DNA of 64,000 bases. Source: Candidatus Poribacteria bacterium (GTDB lineage Bacteria; Poribacteria; WGA-4E; WGA-3G). The stretch covers positions 1,376,001 through 1,440,000 of the forward strand of contig OZ219753.1 in the NCBI GenBank assembly GCA_964291315.2. The letters are read 5' to 3'. The notes under the pieces are model-generated. The model saw nothing but the letters and a program-made list of their open reading frames with translations, was not told the origin of the DNA and ran no database searches. Positions 48,869 to 58,229 of the stretch are shown piece after piece; position 1 is the stretch's first letter; every line of letters begins with the position of its first letter. Both the position numbers and the translations under genes were made by a program.

Positions 48869-50755
48869 CTAAAATAGAAAACGATACATCGGTTTATCGA
48901 GTATAACAGCCAAAAGACTCCAGAACGCACCAATGATGAACTCGCCCAGTACAATACCGAGGAAAAACGGAACCGCCTTCCGGTGTAAACGGATCCCACC
49001 GTATTTCAGCACTAACCATTTGAGGAGCCACCCCACAAAAATAGAACCTACCATCGGGTTAATCGCCCAACTGCCGGAGATCGCATAACCGACGGGGTGT
49101 AAGTTCCACCATAGGAATCGCATCCGCATCGCTGCGAGCAGAAGCGTCAGCACGAACCCGAACGTCGCAAAACTGATCGCAGGAACATCAGGCGGGGCAG
49201 TATAGGTCAGCCAGGTCTCTAATCGATTGAAGGACTCTCGGCCGAACCCGGCACCGCCGCCCTCTGAATAGTACATAGACAGATATGCCCAGAATGAACC
49301 TAGTGCTCCTAACACAGACGCTAACATCATAAGACCTGCGAACCGTTGCAACGGGATATTAGCACCCTCAGCTAATTTAAAACCTTCAAGCTGGTGCGGC
49401 ATCGCGTGTGAACGGTGTGCACGGTTCAGAGAATAGAGATAAGCGAAGCCCGTTAAATTCACCGCTCCGAGTCGGCGGATACCTAACAACCGCGGCAACA
49501 TTTCATCGGGTCCAATGAAGTGCAAGTCGTGGACAGGTGAACCGAGCTCTGCCCGCAGTCGCGTAATCGCAATCGCGATTGCGAACCAAACCCCGAAATA
49601 GACGACGATGATCCAGAGACTCATACCCATCTTTAGGCAGAACCCGATGATGAACCCGCTGCCACTTATAAAACCGAGAACAATCAAGCGGTATGAAATC
49701 GGTTCGTTCTGTTTAGGGGATATGAGTTGACGTGCCACGTCCATCAGGTAGCGTCGACTCATCCAGATAGCAACGACACACAAACCTAGATATGCCCCAT
49801 GTGACTGCTCTGCTTCGTACGGAAAGCGTGGGAGCCCCCGCCATCCTGCAATGGTTCCTAACAGACGCTCCGCTCGCCAGATTAACCAGAATGCCCAGCA
49901 GGAGAACGAAAGATCCAACGGTATAAAAAACGATAGCCCCACGCCAAACGGAAAAATGCCAAGCGGGCTCCATCCTATTCCGTTCCACGGACGTTCCGTG
50001 AAAATCTTGCGCAGATCATACAACTTCCCGCCGAGGCTCGGAATAGCTGGAAATAGGAAGTTCAACCCGTTAATAATATCAATTAGCACACCGATAGAGA
50101 GACCTATCCACATCCACGGCGATCCAAAGAATCTCCGGCTGCGTGTCGTCATCTCGAACGGCAATTGGATAATCGGGTAACTCAACCGTTCCGATTCAAC
50201 CCACTGTCTCCGGAAGAGCAGGCTCAGGCAGAGCATGACTAGATGGACAGCCGCAAGAAAAAGTGTCCACCAGAAAATCGCCGGTAGCCAAGCCGTTAAG
50301 TGACGCGATTCGTAGATACTAGAGAAGCCATGGTAGTATCCATCCAACACGCGCTTATCGCTGATAACCAGCCATTGTGGAATGTGCAGATGAAACAGGT
50401 TTGTCCAATCGTTTTCCGGAGTCGCGAACCAGTGTGCATGCCCGATAATCGGCATGAGCACAAGGAATCGATCGACCCCTGCAAGTCCCGCCCCAACTGA
50501 AATGCAAGTATAGATAACGAGGAGTTCCGCGCGGTTGAGCACAAGCGCATGATGCAATCGACGCAAGAGATACCCGAGGCCCAATAAGAGCAAAATAGTA
50601 ATAACGGCATTGTAGAAAAGGGAAACTTGCGTCGGACTCCCGCCACCGCGCATAATAGAGGCAGACACCCACCAGCAGTTGGCAGGCACTAATACACAGA
50701 TAAGAAAAATAGTGAATGGCCGAATTCTGCGAGTTTGGGTAGGAACAATGCTCAC
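48869..50755 (-). CDS. Polytopic membrane protein (DUF6785/DUF6784-like, putative transporter)
   Basis: RRQWVESERLSYPIIQLP, RLRAELG.P, WNLHPVGY, PFFLGIVLGE. Confidence 0.65.
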   Translation of the reverse strand: MSIVPTQTRRIRPFTIFLICVLVPANCWWVSASIMRGGGSPTQVSLFYNAVITILLLLGLGYLLRRLHHALVLNRAELLVIYTCISVGAGLAGVDRFLVLMPIIGHAHWFATPENDWTNLFHLHIPQWLVISDKRVLDGYYHGFSSIYESRHLTAWLPAIFWWTLFLAAVHLVMLCLSLLFRRQWVESERLSYPIIQLPFEMTTRSRRFFGSPWMWIGLSIGVLIDIINGLNFLFPAIPSLGGKLYDLRKIFTERPWNGIGWSPLGIFPFGVGLSFFIPLDLSFSCWAFWLIWRAERLLGTIAGWRGLPRFPYEAEQSHGAYLGLCVVAIWMSRRYLMDVARQLISPKQNEPISYRLIVLGFISGSGFIIGFCLKMGMSLWIIVVYFGVWFAIAIAITRLRAELGSPVHDLHFIGPDEMLPRLLGIRRLGAVNLTGFAYLYSLNRAHRSHAMPHQLEGFKLAEGANIPLQRFAGLMMLASVLGALGSFWAYLSMYYSEGGGAGFGRESFNRLETWLTYTAPPDVPAISFATFGFVLTLLLAAMRMRFLWWNLHPVGYAISGSWAINPMVGSIFVGWLLKWLVLKYGGIRLHRKAVPFFLGIVLGEFIIGAFWSLLAVILDKPMYRFLF

Positions 50756-51065
50756 CTTCTTTCAAGAAATAACGCTAATATTCTACACCATTTTTCGTCT
50801 ACTGGCAATAAATTTTACTGACAAACCTAGCTCACAATTGACAACTGTTTCGATTGTTTACTCAAAAGAGATGTGCTATAATCAAATAATGACTGTAAAG
50901 ACGAAGTTAACATGAGTTTGAAAAAAGATTGAGCCGGCTCTTTCGTAGCGTATACAAGCAACTCGTAGCATAGACTCTCAACCTGTGCATCTTCCAAGCT
51001 CGCGTTAAAGTTACAACAACGGCAGTCAGCGGAAATGACTATGGCTGACACAGGTCTTAAAACGT

Positions 51066-52694
51066 ATGCAACTGACTAAACCTAAAAAAATTATAGGCAT
51101 CAGTCTAATTATCTTGATTGGGGCTATCATATTGTTATCTATTATCTATGATCGTACTGCTTTGTGGGAACCGAAACAACATCTTATTACTCTGCTACCG
51201 AAATCTCCAATCTGTTACCTGACGCTCAAGGAATTGAAAGGCTTAGTGGAGACCTTCAATCGCAGTGAGTTAGGACAACTGACATCTAAAATGCCCCTCC
51301 TCGCTGAAATACAGCAGCAACCCTGGTGGAAACAACTCCTTTATCAGAAACAGTTGTGGGAATACGAAACCGGCGGCAACCTGGACCTGAAGACAATCAC
51401 TGGTTATTTCGGAGAAGAAGCCATTCTTGCTGTTTATCAACGGGAAGAGATTTATACGTTTCTCCTTATTACAGCGGTCGGCGGAAAAGAGAAACTCAGT
51501 ATTGAGGCACTCACCGCAACCGATGCAATCAACCCAACGTATGAACGCCACCAGACTGCCTACCGTAAATTCACCATTAATACCATTATCGGGTATCCGC
51601 ATACTTTTAGTTATACCTTCATCGGAAAAATTGGGGTATTGAGCCTTGATCCACTACTTCTAGCCCAGACAATTGACCTCTATACCGAGACTTCTGGTGC
51701 GAAAACCGCACAAAACGCCCAAGGGTTTATCGCTCAGCATCCTATGTCTGAAAATATTCAGCACGATTACCATGAAAAAAAGAACACTGGATACCTAGAC
51801 CTTCAGCAGCTTGCACCTATATTGGATAACATGGATACCAACGCCTTGGTTAGCCAACTTTACAGACTCCTTGCGGATTCGGACTTCTGGACGTTTAGCA
51901 ATCAATACGAAGAGGGGGTGATTATTTCACAACATCGCCTTCACAAACAGACAGAACCTATCGGCCCTGTCTTTCTGTCTGTAGATGACCCAAAACTGTT
52001 TCTTGCTTTTCCTGAACCGACCGCTTTCGCTACTTCGCTACCGCTCCTAAATCAGATGACAAATTTTTTCGACGATATTGACCTCTCTCAATTTTTGGGA
52101 ACGACAGGGACACTTCTCTTAGTTTCCTCTCAAGCCGATGAAGTGTCGGTGGTACCTTCATTAGTGCTAATCGTACATGCCAAGGTTCCCGAGGCATTAA
52201 AGACGGTTTTGCAGATCGTGAGGCAGGGAAAAGTCTCTATTGCAGGCACATCGATGGAGTACCTTGAACCACTAGATTATAAAGAGGTGGCGATCCAACC
52301 GCTCCAATGTCGCCTTAATTTCCTATTGGCGGTTACTGGTGGATACGCGTTTATTGATGACTATTTTGTTTTGGGGACAACACTGATGGGGGTAAAGTCC
52401 ATTGTTGATACGATAAGAGGAGACCTCCCGACTTTAACCGACATTTCATTCTCAACAGATGCAAGGGGGGTACAGGCGTTCATTCAACCGGAGCTGTTCG
52501 TGCCGGAATTGAAACGCCTCCTGCCGTTGGCAACCGTGCTACTTTCGCTTTCTGGCCAGCAATTCGATGCAACACTGACGCGGCGTATCACTGAGAACCT
52601 CTTTCCATTAGAGTCCCTCGGTCCAATCTCTGCCAAGATAGATTTTAATGAGCAGTTTATAGACGCGGAGGTCCGGATTGTTTTGGAGAAGTAA
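51066..52694 (+). CDS. Membrane-anchored hypothetical protein (possibly DUF3352-like)
   Basis: 542-aa ORF, single N-terminal TM, no catalytic motif seen. Confidence 0.55.
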   Translation: MQLTKPKKIIGISLIILIGAIILLSIIYDRTALWEPKQHLITLLPKSPICYLTLKELKGLVETFNRSELGQLTSKMPLLAEIQQQPWWKQLLYQKQLWEYETGGNLDLKTITGYFGEEAILAVYQREEIYTFLLITAVGGKEKLSIEALTATDAINPTYERHQTAYRKFTINTIIGYPHTFSYTFIGKIGVLSLDPLLLAQTIDLYTETSGAKTAQNAQGFIAQHPMSENIQHDYHEKKNTGYLDLQQLAPILDNMDTNALVSQLYRLLADSDFWTFSNQYEEGVIISQHRLHKQTEPIGPVFLSVDDPKLFLAFPEPTAFATSLPLLNQMTNFFDDIDLSQFLGTTGTLLLVSSQADEVSVVPSLVLIVHAKVPEALKTVLQIVRQGKVSIAGTSMEYLEPLDYKEVAIQPLQCRLNFLLAVTGGYAFIDDYFVLGTTLMGVKSIVDTIRGDLPTLTDISFSTDARGVQAFIQPELFVPELKRLLPLATVLLSLSGQQFDATLTRRITENLFPLESLGPISAKIDFNEQFIDAEVRIVLEK

Positions 52695-52958
52695 TGCATT
52701 ATTGAGTTTAGGGGCATTCGCATGACATCCCGCAACTTTTACTGTGCTCTTATCCTATAATAATGTATAATCAAAAATAGTGGGCTTTTACAACAGAGAA
52801 AGGGACGCACAGGATGCTCATATTGCCAAGGAACCTTTGGACAGAATCCAATCCTGCCCCAACAAAATTTCGGCTCCAGAGCCCCTAAGGCGGCTTGCAC
52901 AGAAGGCGTGCAAGTCTTCAAACAACAGATACATATATATAAATTGGAAAATTAAAAT

Positions 52959-54011
52959 ATGAAAACAAAGATCGGTATCGGTATAATTAGTTTTGCACAC
53001 GGGCACGCCAACGCCTACTGCAATCAGATGCGACTGTTTGAAGATGTTAAACTTATCGCGTGTTGGGATGATAATACTGAGCGCGGAGAAGCGGCAGCGA
53101 AGCAATATGGCATGAGTTACTCGCCGCATGTGGAAGATGTTATCAACCACCCCGAAATTCATGCCGTGATTGTAACTTGTGAGACCAATAGACACACAGA
53201 GATGATAGAAGTGGCAGCATCAGAAAGGAAACATATCCTGTGTCAGAAACCGATGGCATTGACGTTGGAAGATTGCGATCGGATCGCTGATATTGTCGAA
53301 AAAACCGGCGTTAAGTTTATGATGGGTTATCAGATGCGGCGCGACCCCGCAAACATCGCTATGAAAGAACTCATTGATAGCAACGTGTTGGGAAAAATCG
53401 GGGTGCTGCGCCGCCGACACTGTATCAACGCCTTATTTAGCGAAGCCTTTGTGACAGGACCCAGTCGCTGGCATATCGACCCGGAGAAAAATATGGGCAT
53501 GTTCATGGACGATGCGTCTCACGCAACCGATTTTATCCATTGGATGCTCGGTAAACCTACAAGCGTTATTGCCGAAATAGATAACATTTTGACAGATGTC
53601 GCACCTGACGACACAGGATTAGCGGTCTATCGCTTCCCAGGCGGCGAAATGGCGATCCTATTGAATACATCTGTGACACTCGCCGGCGAAAATACGACTG
53701 AAATCTACGGGGATAAAGGAGTAGTGATCCAGAACTACGGCGATGCCCCCTCATGCAACATCCCGCGCCCGGTGGATGCTGTAGCACTAAAGTTATATAC
53801 ACGAGACGAACCTACATGGACAGATGTGGGGGTTCCGATTCCAGATGGCCACGGGGAGCGGATTGCCGGGGTGCCGCGTCCTTTTATTGATTGCGTAAAG
53901 AACGATACAGCCCCTGATGTCACGGTAGAAGACGGACGAGTTTCGGTAGAGATGGTATTGGGAGCGTATCGTTCGGCGCGAGAAGGGCGACGGGTTATGT
54001 TCCCGCTCTAA
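52959..54011 (+). CDS. Gfo/Idh/MocA family oxidoreductase
   Basis: KHILCQKPMA, GMFMDDASHATD, AYRSAREGR. Confidence 0.9.
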   Translation: MKTKIGIGIISFAHGHANAYCNQMRLFEDVKLIACWDDNTERGEAAAKQYGMSYSPHVEDVINHPEIHAVIVTCETNRHTEMIEVAASERKHILCQKPMALTLEDCDRIADIVEKTGVKFMMGYQMRRDPANIAMKELIDSNVLGKIGVLRRRHCINALFSEAFVTGPSRWHIDPEKNMGMFMDDASHATDFIHWMLGKPTSVIAEIDNILTDVAPDDTGLAVYRFPGGEMAILLNTSVTLAGENTTEIYGDKGVVIQNYGDAPSCNIPRPVDAVALKLYTRDEPTWTDVGVPIPDGHGERIAGVPRPFIDCVKNDTAPDVTVEDGRVSVEMVLGAYRSAREGRRVMFPL

Positions 54012-54234
54012 ATCGGAGCTGATGAATACTACAAGCGCATTCGTAGAAAGTGAAAAGAATCAGACAGCAGTATAAGAAACTAACTGCCTATGCTGCACCG
54101 GAATTAACGACCCGGTGCTTGCCACTACAAAAACCGTGTTTTTATTTTTCTACATGCTCTCCACACTATTTGCTCTATTGTGTTAAATAATACACGCTTT
54201 CGTTAGATTACACTGTTATTTTAGCGGCTTTACG

Positions 54235-54250
54235 TTGGCACGATTCTTGC
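54235..54250 (+). promoter_or_regulatory. Consensus sigma54 (-24/-12) promoter
   Basis: TTGGCACGATTCTTGC matches TGGCACG-N4-TTGC exactly, ~100 nt before an ATG with a GGAGG RBS. Confidence 0.75.
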
Positions 54251-54346
54251 CTTATTTGACTTAGATAAAGGTCCCATAGTACAGACTGTTGGTTTGTGCT
54301 ATCTGTTTCTTTAGGTAATTTAGGATCAAATTGGAGGTAACAAAAC

Positions 54347-55312
54347 ATGTGCTACATAAGCTACGACGGTAACTATTATAAACCCGGTGCAAATTTGTCG
54401 AGGTTGTTTCAAGATTTAGTGGTCAAACCATCTGCAAACCCTGATCTGCTGACCCAAGCGTGGATGCAACTAGTGAGAAATACTGGGGACAAATATCATA
54501 GAAAGAATATTCTGGAACAAGGAAGGACCAATTTTGATGAACCCTTTGAAGGACTTGCGCCAAAAGAAAAGGTGTTACTCTATTGTTTCTATTATATGCC
54601 TATGCACCTTTTTAGTTCTTATCATATTTTCACGAACTACCTTACACCCATGAGCAATAAAGTTGTGTTCATCGACTTTGGTTGTGGTCCCTTAACTTCG
54701 GGTGTCGCGTTTTGGGCAGCTTTTGCAAAAGATTGCGATCTCACTTATTTAGGAATCGATAGTTCGGACTCTATGCTTGATATGGCTCAGAAAATCAACC
54801 AGTATGGATCTAGCAGTGGTGAACCTTTCTTTGAAAAAGTCCGGCTGATGCGTCGCTCGGATAATTTGCTTGACTGCTTGGATGATTACATTACAAAAGG
54901 GGATCAGACACAAATTATATTTAACTTCTGCTATTTTCTTGCAAGTAAGACATTGGATGCATTAAAAATAGCTGAATTGTCTAACTGCCTCAATCAGATT
55001 GCAGCGAATTACGATCAACATGAAATGCGCCTGGTGTACCAGAACCCGTATCGTTCCCCGGACGGTCATCACAACTGGATCACACTCAAAGGAAAACTAT
55101 CAGCGTTGTTTGAAAGCCAAATAACTGAAAATACTGAGAGGTTTCGTTGTGAGTTGTACCAACTACGAAGTGGTCGGATAACGTCCAATAGTATCCCGAC
55201 AACAGTTTACTTCGATCTGATTTCCAATAAAGTAAATGCTACTTTTAGAAAACCATTTGAGTCGTTATCATATCTAATGGAGAACCCGCCCTTGAGGCGT
55301 TATCGTACCTAA
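54347..55312 (+). CDS. Putative class I SAM-dependent methyltransferase of unknown substrate
   Basis: Motif I VFIDFGCGP, motif II YLGIDSS, preceding YCFYYMPMH helix; AT-rich. Confidence 0.65.
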   Translation: MCYISYDGNYYKPGANLSRLFQDLVVKPSANPDLLTQAWMQLVRNTGDKYHRKNILEQGRTNFDEPFEGLAPKEKVLLYCFYYMPMHLFSSYHIFTNYLTPMSNKVVFIDFGCGPLTSGVAFWAAFAKDCDLTYLGIDSSDSMLDMAQKINQYGSSSGEPFFEKVRLMRRSDNLLDCLDDYITKGDQTQIIFNFCYFLASKTLDALKIAELSNCLNQIAANYDQHEMRLVYQNPYRSPDGHHNWITLKGKLSALFESQITENTERFRCELYQLRSGRITSNSIPTTVYFDLISNKVNATFRKPFESLSYLMENPPLRRYRT

Positions 55313-55320
55313 TGGAGAAC
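55257..55320 (+). repeat. Imperfect 29-bp direct repeat (period 35) at the MTase-AlkB junction
   Basis: TTGAGTCGTTATCATATCTAATGGAGAAC vs TTGAGGCGTTATCGTACCTAATGGAGAAC, 26/29 identical. Confidence 0.8.
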
Positions 55321-55326
55321 TGACAC

Positions 55327-55992
55327 ATGGCAGCGAAACAATTAGATCTTTTCCCGGAAGCCTTTGCAGGAATCAACGGGCTCCGACACGTACAGAACTA
55401 TATTACGGAGGACCAACACGACTGGTTGTTAAATCAAATTGATAACGTGCATCAGCACCAGTGGCTTGATGACCTAAAGCGGCGGGTTCAACATTACGGG
55501 TTTAAATACGATTACCGAGCACGGAAAGTCAACCTCGATATGCGCATCGGTGAATTACCAAAGTGGTTGGAAGAACTTAGCTGCAAACTTCATGAAGATA
55601 GGCATATTCCAGAAATAGCGGATCAGGTGATTATTAATGAATATCTACCCGGGCAGGGAATTTCAAGCCACATTGATTGTGAACCCTGTTTTGAAGGGAC
55701 AATCGCCTCCCTAAGCTTAGGGTCGGGATGTGTGATGAATTTCACACACAAATCCGATAGATCAAGAAAAATTCCTGTGTGGCTCGAGCCGAGAAGTCTT
55801 ATTGTATTAACAGGTGAAGCGAGATATGATTGGTTACACGGGATCCCCGCCAGAAAATCGGATAAGTGGAAGGGACACCATAAGCGCAAACGACGAGTAT
55901 CGCTGACCTTTAGAAAAGTAATTCTGAAAACAGAGACGAAAAAACACCAAACGGATAAAAAAAGGCCCGACCGAGAGACCGCGCCTTTCTGA
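55327..55992 (+). CDS. AlkB-family 2OG-Fe(II) dioxygenase (ALKBH8-like)
   Basis: LKRRVQHYGFKYDY, NEYLPGQGISSHID, WLHGIPARK, RVSLTFR. Confidence 0.9.
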   Translation: MAAKQLDLFPEAFAGINGLRHVQNYITEDQHDWLLNQIDNVHQHQWLDDLKRRVQHYGFKYDYRARKVNLDMRIGELPKWLEELSCKLHEDRHIPEIADQVIINEYLPGQGISSHIDCEPCFEGTIASLSLGSGCVMNFTHKSDRSRKIPVWLEPRSLIVLTGEARYDWLHGIPARKSDKWKGHHKRKRRVSLTFRKVILKTETKKHQTDKKRPDRETAPF

Positions 55993-55998
55993 TTTAGC

Positions 55999-56817
55999 TC
56001 AACGTTCCGCCCGATGCCACATATTAATGAGGCGGGCCAAGTGGGCGCGGCCCGCCTTTACTCTCTGATCTAAGTCTTTTGAAAGTCCGCTTAACAGATC
56101 ATTACCCATTTCCTTAGCCGTTTCCACCTGCTTTTTGAGTTGATAAGCATGTCCGCTTTTAAGCCGATTTATCTCTAAGCGCAATTCACTTGCCGCACGG
56201 TTCAGGCGCTGAATCTCGGCCTGTAAAGCTTTCTGCTTTTCAGCATCTGTTTTTTCAGTGATATGTGCTTCTGTGTCACCGAGGGTTAACCGCTCTAAGG
56301 TTTGAAAGTCCCCCTCCTGATAAGCACGATTAATGAGGGGCATCAGTCGTTCTCGCCGTTTTTCTTCTTCAGCATCCGGCGCCTTGTCTGGATGGTGCTG
56401 TTTGGCGAGGTTTCGGTAAAGTTTTTGCAGCTGTCTGGTTTTGGAGGCAGAAGGTTTGTCTTCTCGAAATACCGGTTGAGATTCTTTCGATGCCGCGTAG
56501 GCATCTATACGGGCACGACTTGCTCTAAAACACGATTCTACGCGCCCTTCTATCTCTTCCTCGTTCACCTGTGATCGACGCAGTTGTAGACGGAGGTAGT
56601 ACTCTTTCGTCTCAAGTTCGACCTTGTCGAGTTCGAGGTAATAACGACTAATACGCGCATTGTAACGCCGTTCAAACATGTCCACTTCTGACTTGAGCTC
56701 CTTGGCTGTTACAGTGAGTTCCTCTACCTTCATCCGTTTGGCTTCAATAGCTTTCCTGAGTCGAGCTATTCGATTTTCATTGGTGTTATCGAGATGAACT
56801 AAGGCAGCAGGTTTCAT
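55999..56817 (-). CDS. Coiled-coil protein with an internal J-domain
   Basis: LYRNLAKQHHPDK...INRAY flanked by long coiled-coil segments. Confidence 0.8.
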   Translation of the reverse strand: MKPAALVHLDNTNENRIARLRKAIEAKRMKVEELTVTAKELKSEVDMFERRYNARISRYYLELDKVELETKEYYLRLQLRRSQVNEEEIEGRVESCFRASRARIDAYAASKESQPVFREDKPSASKTRQLQKLYRNLAKQHHPDKAPDAEEEKRRERLMPLINRAYQEGDFQTLERLTLGDTEAHITEKTDAEKQKALQAEIQRLNRAASELRLEINRLKSGHAYQLKKQVETAKEMGNDLLSGLSKDLDQRVKAGRAHLARLINMWHRAER

Positions 56818-56948
56818 GCGTATTTCCTAACTGGACGACATAAGCGACTCTTGCATATAAACAGACGAACTCAGAAAGCACACCTATGCAGATCTTGGCG
56901 CGTGTACACGGAGAAATCTTGTCTTAGGCATCACTAAAGAAGCTGTCC

Positions 56949-57311
56949 CTATTTTTTCCGGTAGGTAATCCGGCCCCGCGTCAAATCGTACGGAGATAGT
57001 TCCACGGTTACCTTATCGCCCGGCAGGATTTTAATAAAAAATTTCCGCATTCGGCCAGAGATATGTGCAAGGATTTGATGCTTATTACTCAATTCCACGC
57101 GGAACATAGCGTTAGGTAAAGGTTCTATAACGGTGCCTTCAACCTCTATTTTATCATTTTTAGGGGTTCCCTGTTCTCCTCCCTCGCTTTTAACTTTAGT
57201 GTTAGCGTCAGAATCACGCTGTTTTTTATATTTCGATTTGGGTTTCGGACGGTTCGTATTCGCATACCGCGTCTGCGGCTTTTTCTTATTTCGTGAGGAT
57301 CTTCGATTCAC
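56949..57311 (-). CDS. infA: Translation initiation factor IF-1 with ~49-aa basic N-terminal extension
   Basis: [20 protein letters not shown]...AHISGRMR...[24 protein letters not shown]; GTG start after AAAGGAG. Confidence 0.95.
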   Translation of the reverse strand: MNRRSSRNKKKPQTRYANTNRPKPKSKYKKQRDSDANTKVKSEGGEQGTPKNDKIEVEGTVIEPLPNAMFRVELSNKHQILAHISGRMRKFFIKILPGDKVTVELSPYDLTRGRITYRKK

Positions 57312-57424
57312 AGTATAAATCTCCTTTTTTCTTAAATGTAGCTAGCAATGCAAAGCTCATATATCCGGTTTGCGCCATGCTACGCAGAAAACGCCCACAG
57401 AGCGGTGCATTATAAATCGTTGGA

Positions 57425-58216
57425 TTATTCACCTTCAAAACTAAAACACTTTCCGGTTTCAACAACGAGTTCATGGAAATAATCCCTAGCAAGTCCAAGC
57501 TGCATTTCGGCATCCACTTTGTTTCTGCTCGTTGAAACCAGATCGACGGGCATAGTGTCGCTGTCCACTTTTCGGAGAGACACGTAAGCCTTGAGATAGA
57601 CCTCTGAGTGACGTTCCATCACCTTCTGCATCAGTGGTGAAACTTCCGCCTCAAACATATTTACATAAACACGTGCTGTAATCACTTCTGAACGATAACG
57701 TTCAGCAATTAGGGGTTGAATGTGTGTGTCAAAAACCGCCTTCATTTCGCGAGGCGGACCAGGCATCGTCATGATAGTGGAACCTTTGTGGGTGACCCTG
57801 ATGCATGGTGCCCATCCTTCCGGGTTCTGCAAGACAACAGCTGTTTCCGGTACAGTCGCCATCTTTATTAATGCTCCACTCATCGGATCGTTTTCTGACA
57901 TCTCGCGGCGTTTCCGAAATTCAGCGACAGTTTCTTCACTTACCACAAGTGGGGTCCGAATCAGTGAAGCCATAACTTCGACTGTCATATCGTCAGGTGT
58001 AGGACCGAGGCCACCAGTTGTGAGAATGAGTGAGGTTTCCCGTTCTACTGCTGAGATCAACGCCTCAGACATCTCATCACGGTCGTCGCGAAGCATCGTG
58101 ACGCGTCGTAATTCGCCACCGATTTGAAGAATTTGCTGTGCAAGCCAGTGGGCGTTGGTATCCTGAATCTGCCCAAGGACTAACTCCGTACCGATTGAGA
58201 ACAGTTCAATTGCCAC
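57425..58216 (-). CDS. CinA-like protein (molybdopterin-binding N-terminal part, no PncC domain)
   Basis: SIGTELVLGQIQDTNAHWL, TGGLGPTPDDMT, MPGPPREM; GTG start at 58216. Confidence 0.85.
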   Translation of the reverse strand: MAIELFSIGTELVLGQIQDTNAHWLAQQILQIGGELRRVTMLRDDRDEMSEALISAVERETSLILTTGGLGPTPDDMTVEVMASLIRTPLVVSEETVAEFRKRREMSENDPMSGALIKMATVPETAVVLQNPEGWAPCIRVTHKGSTIMTMPGPPREMKAVFDTHIQPLIAERYRSEVITARVYVNMFEAEVSPLMQKVMERHSEVYLKAYVSLRKVDSDTMPVDLVSTSRNKVDAEMQLGLARDYFHELVVETGKCFSFEGE

Positions 58217-58229
58217 CCTACCCTCCTTT

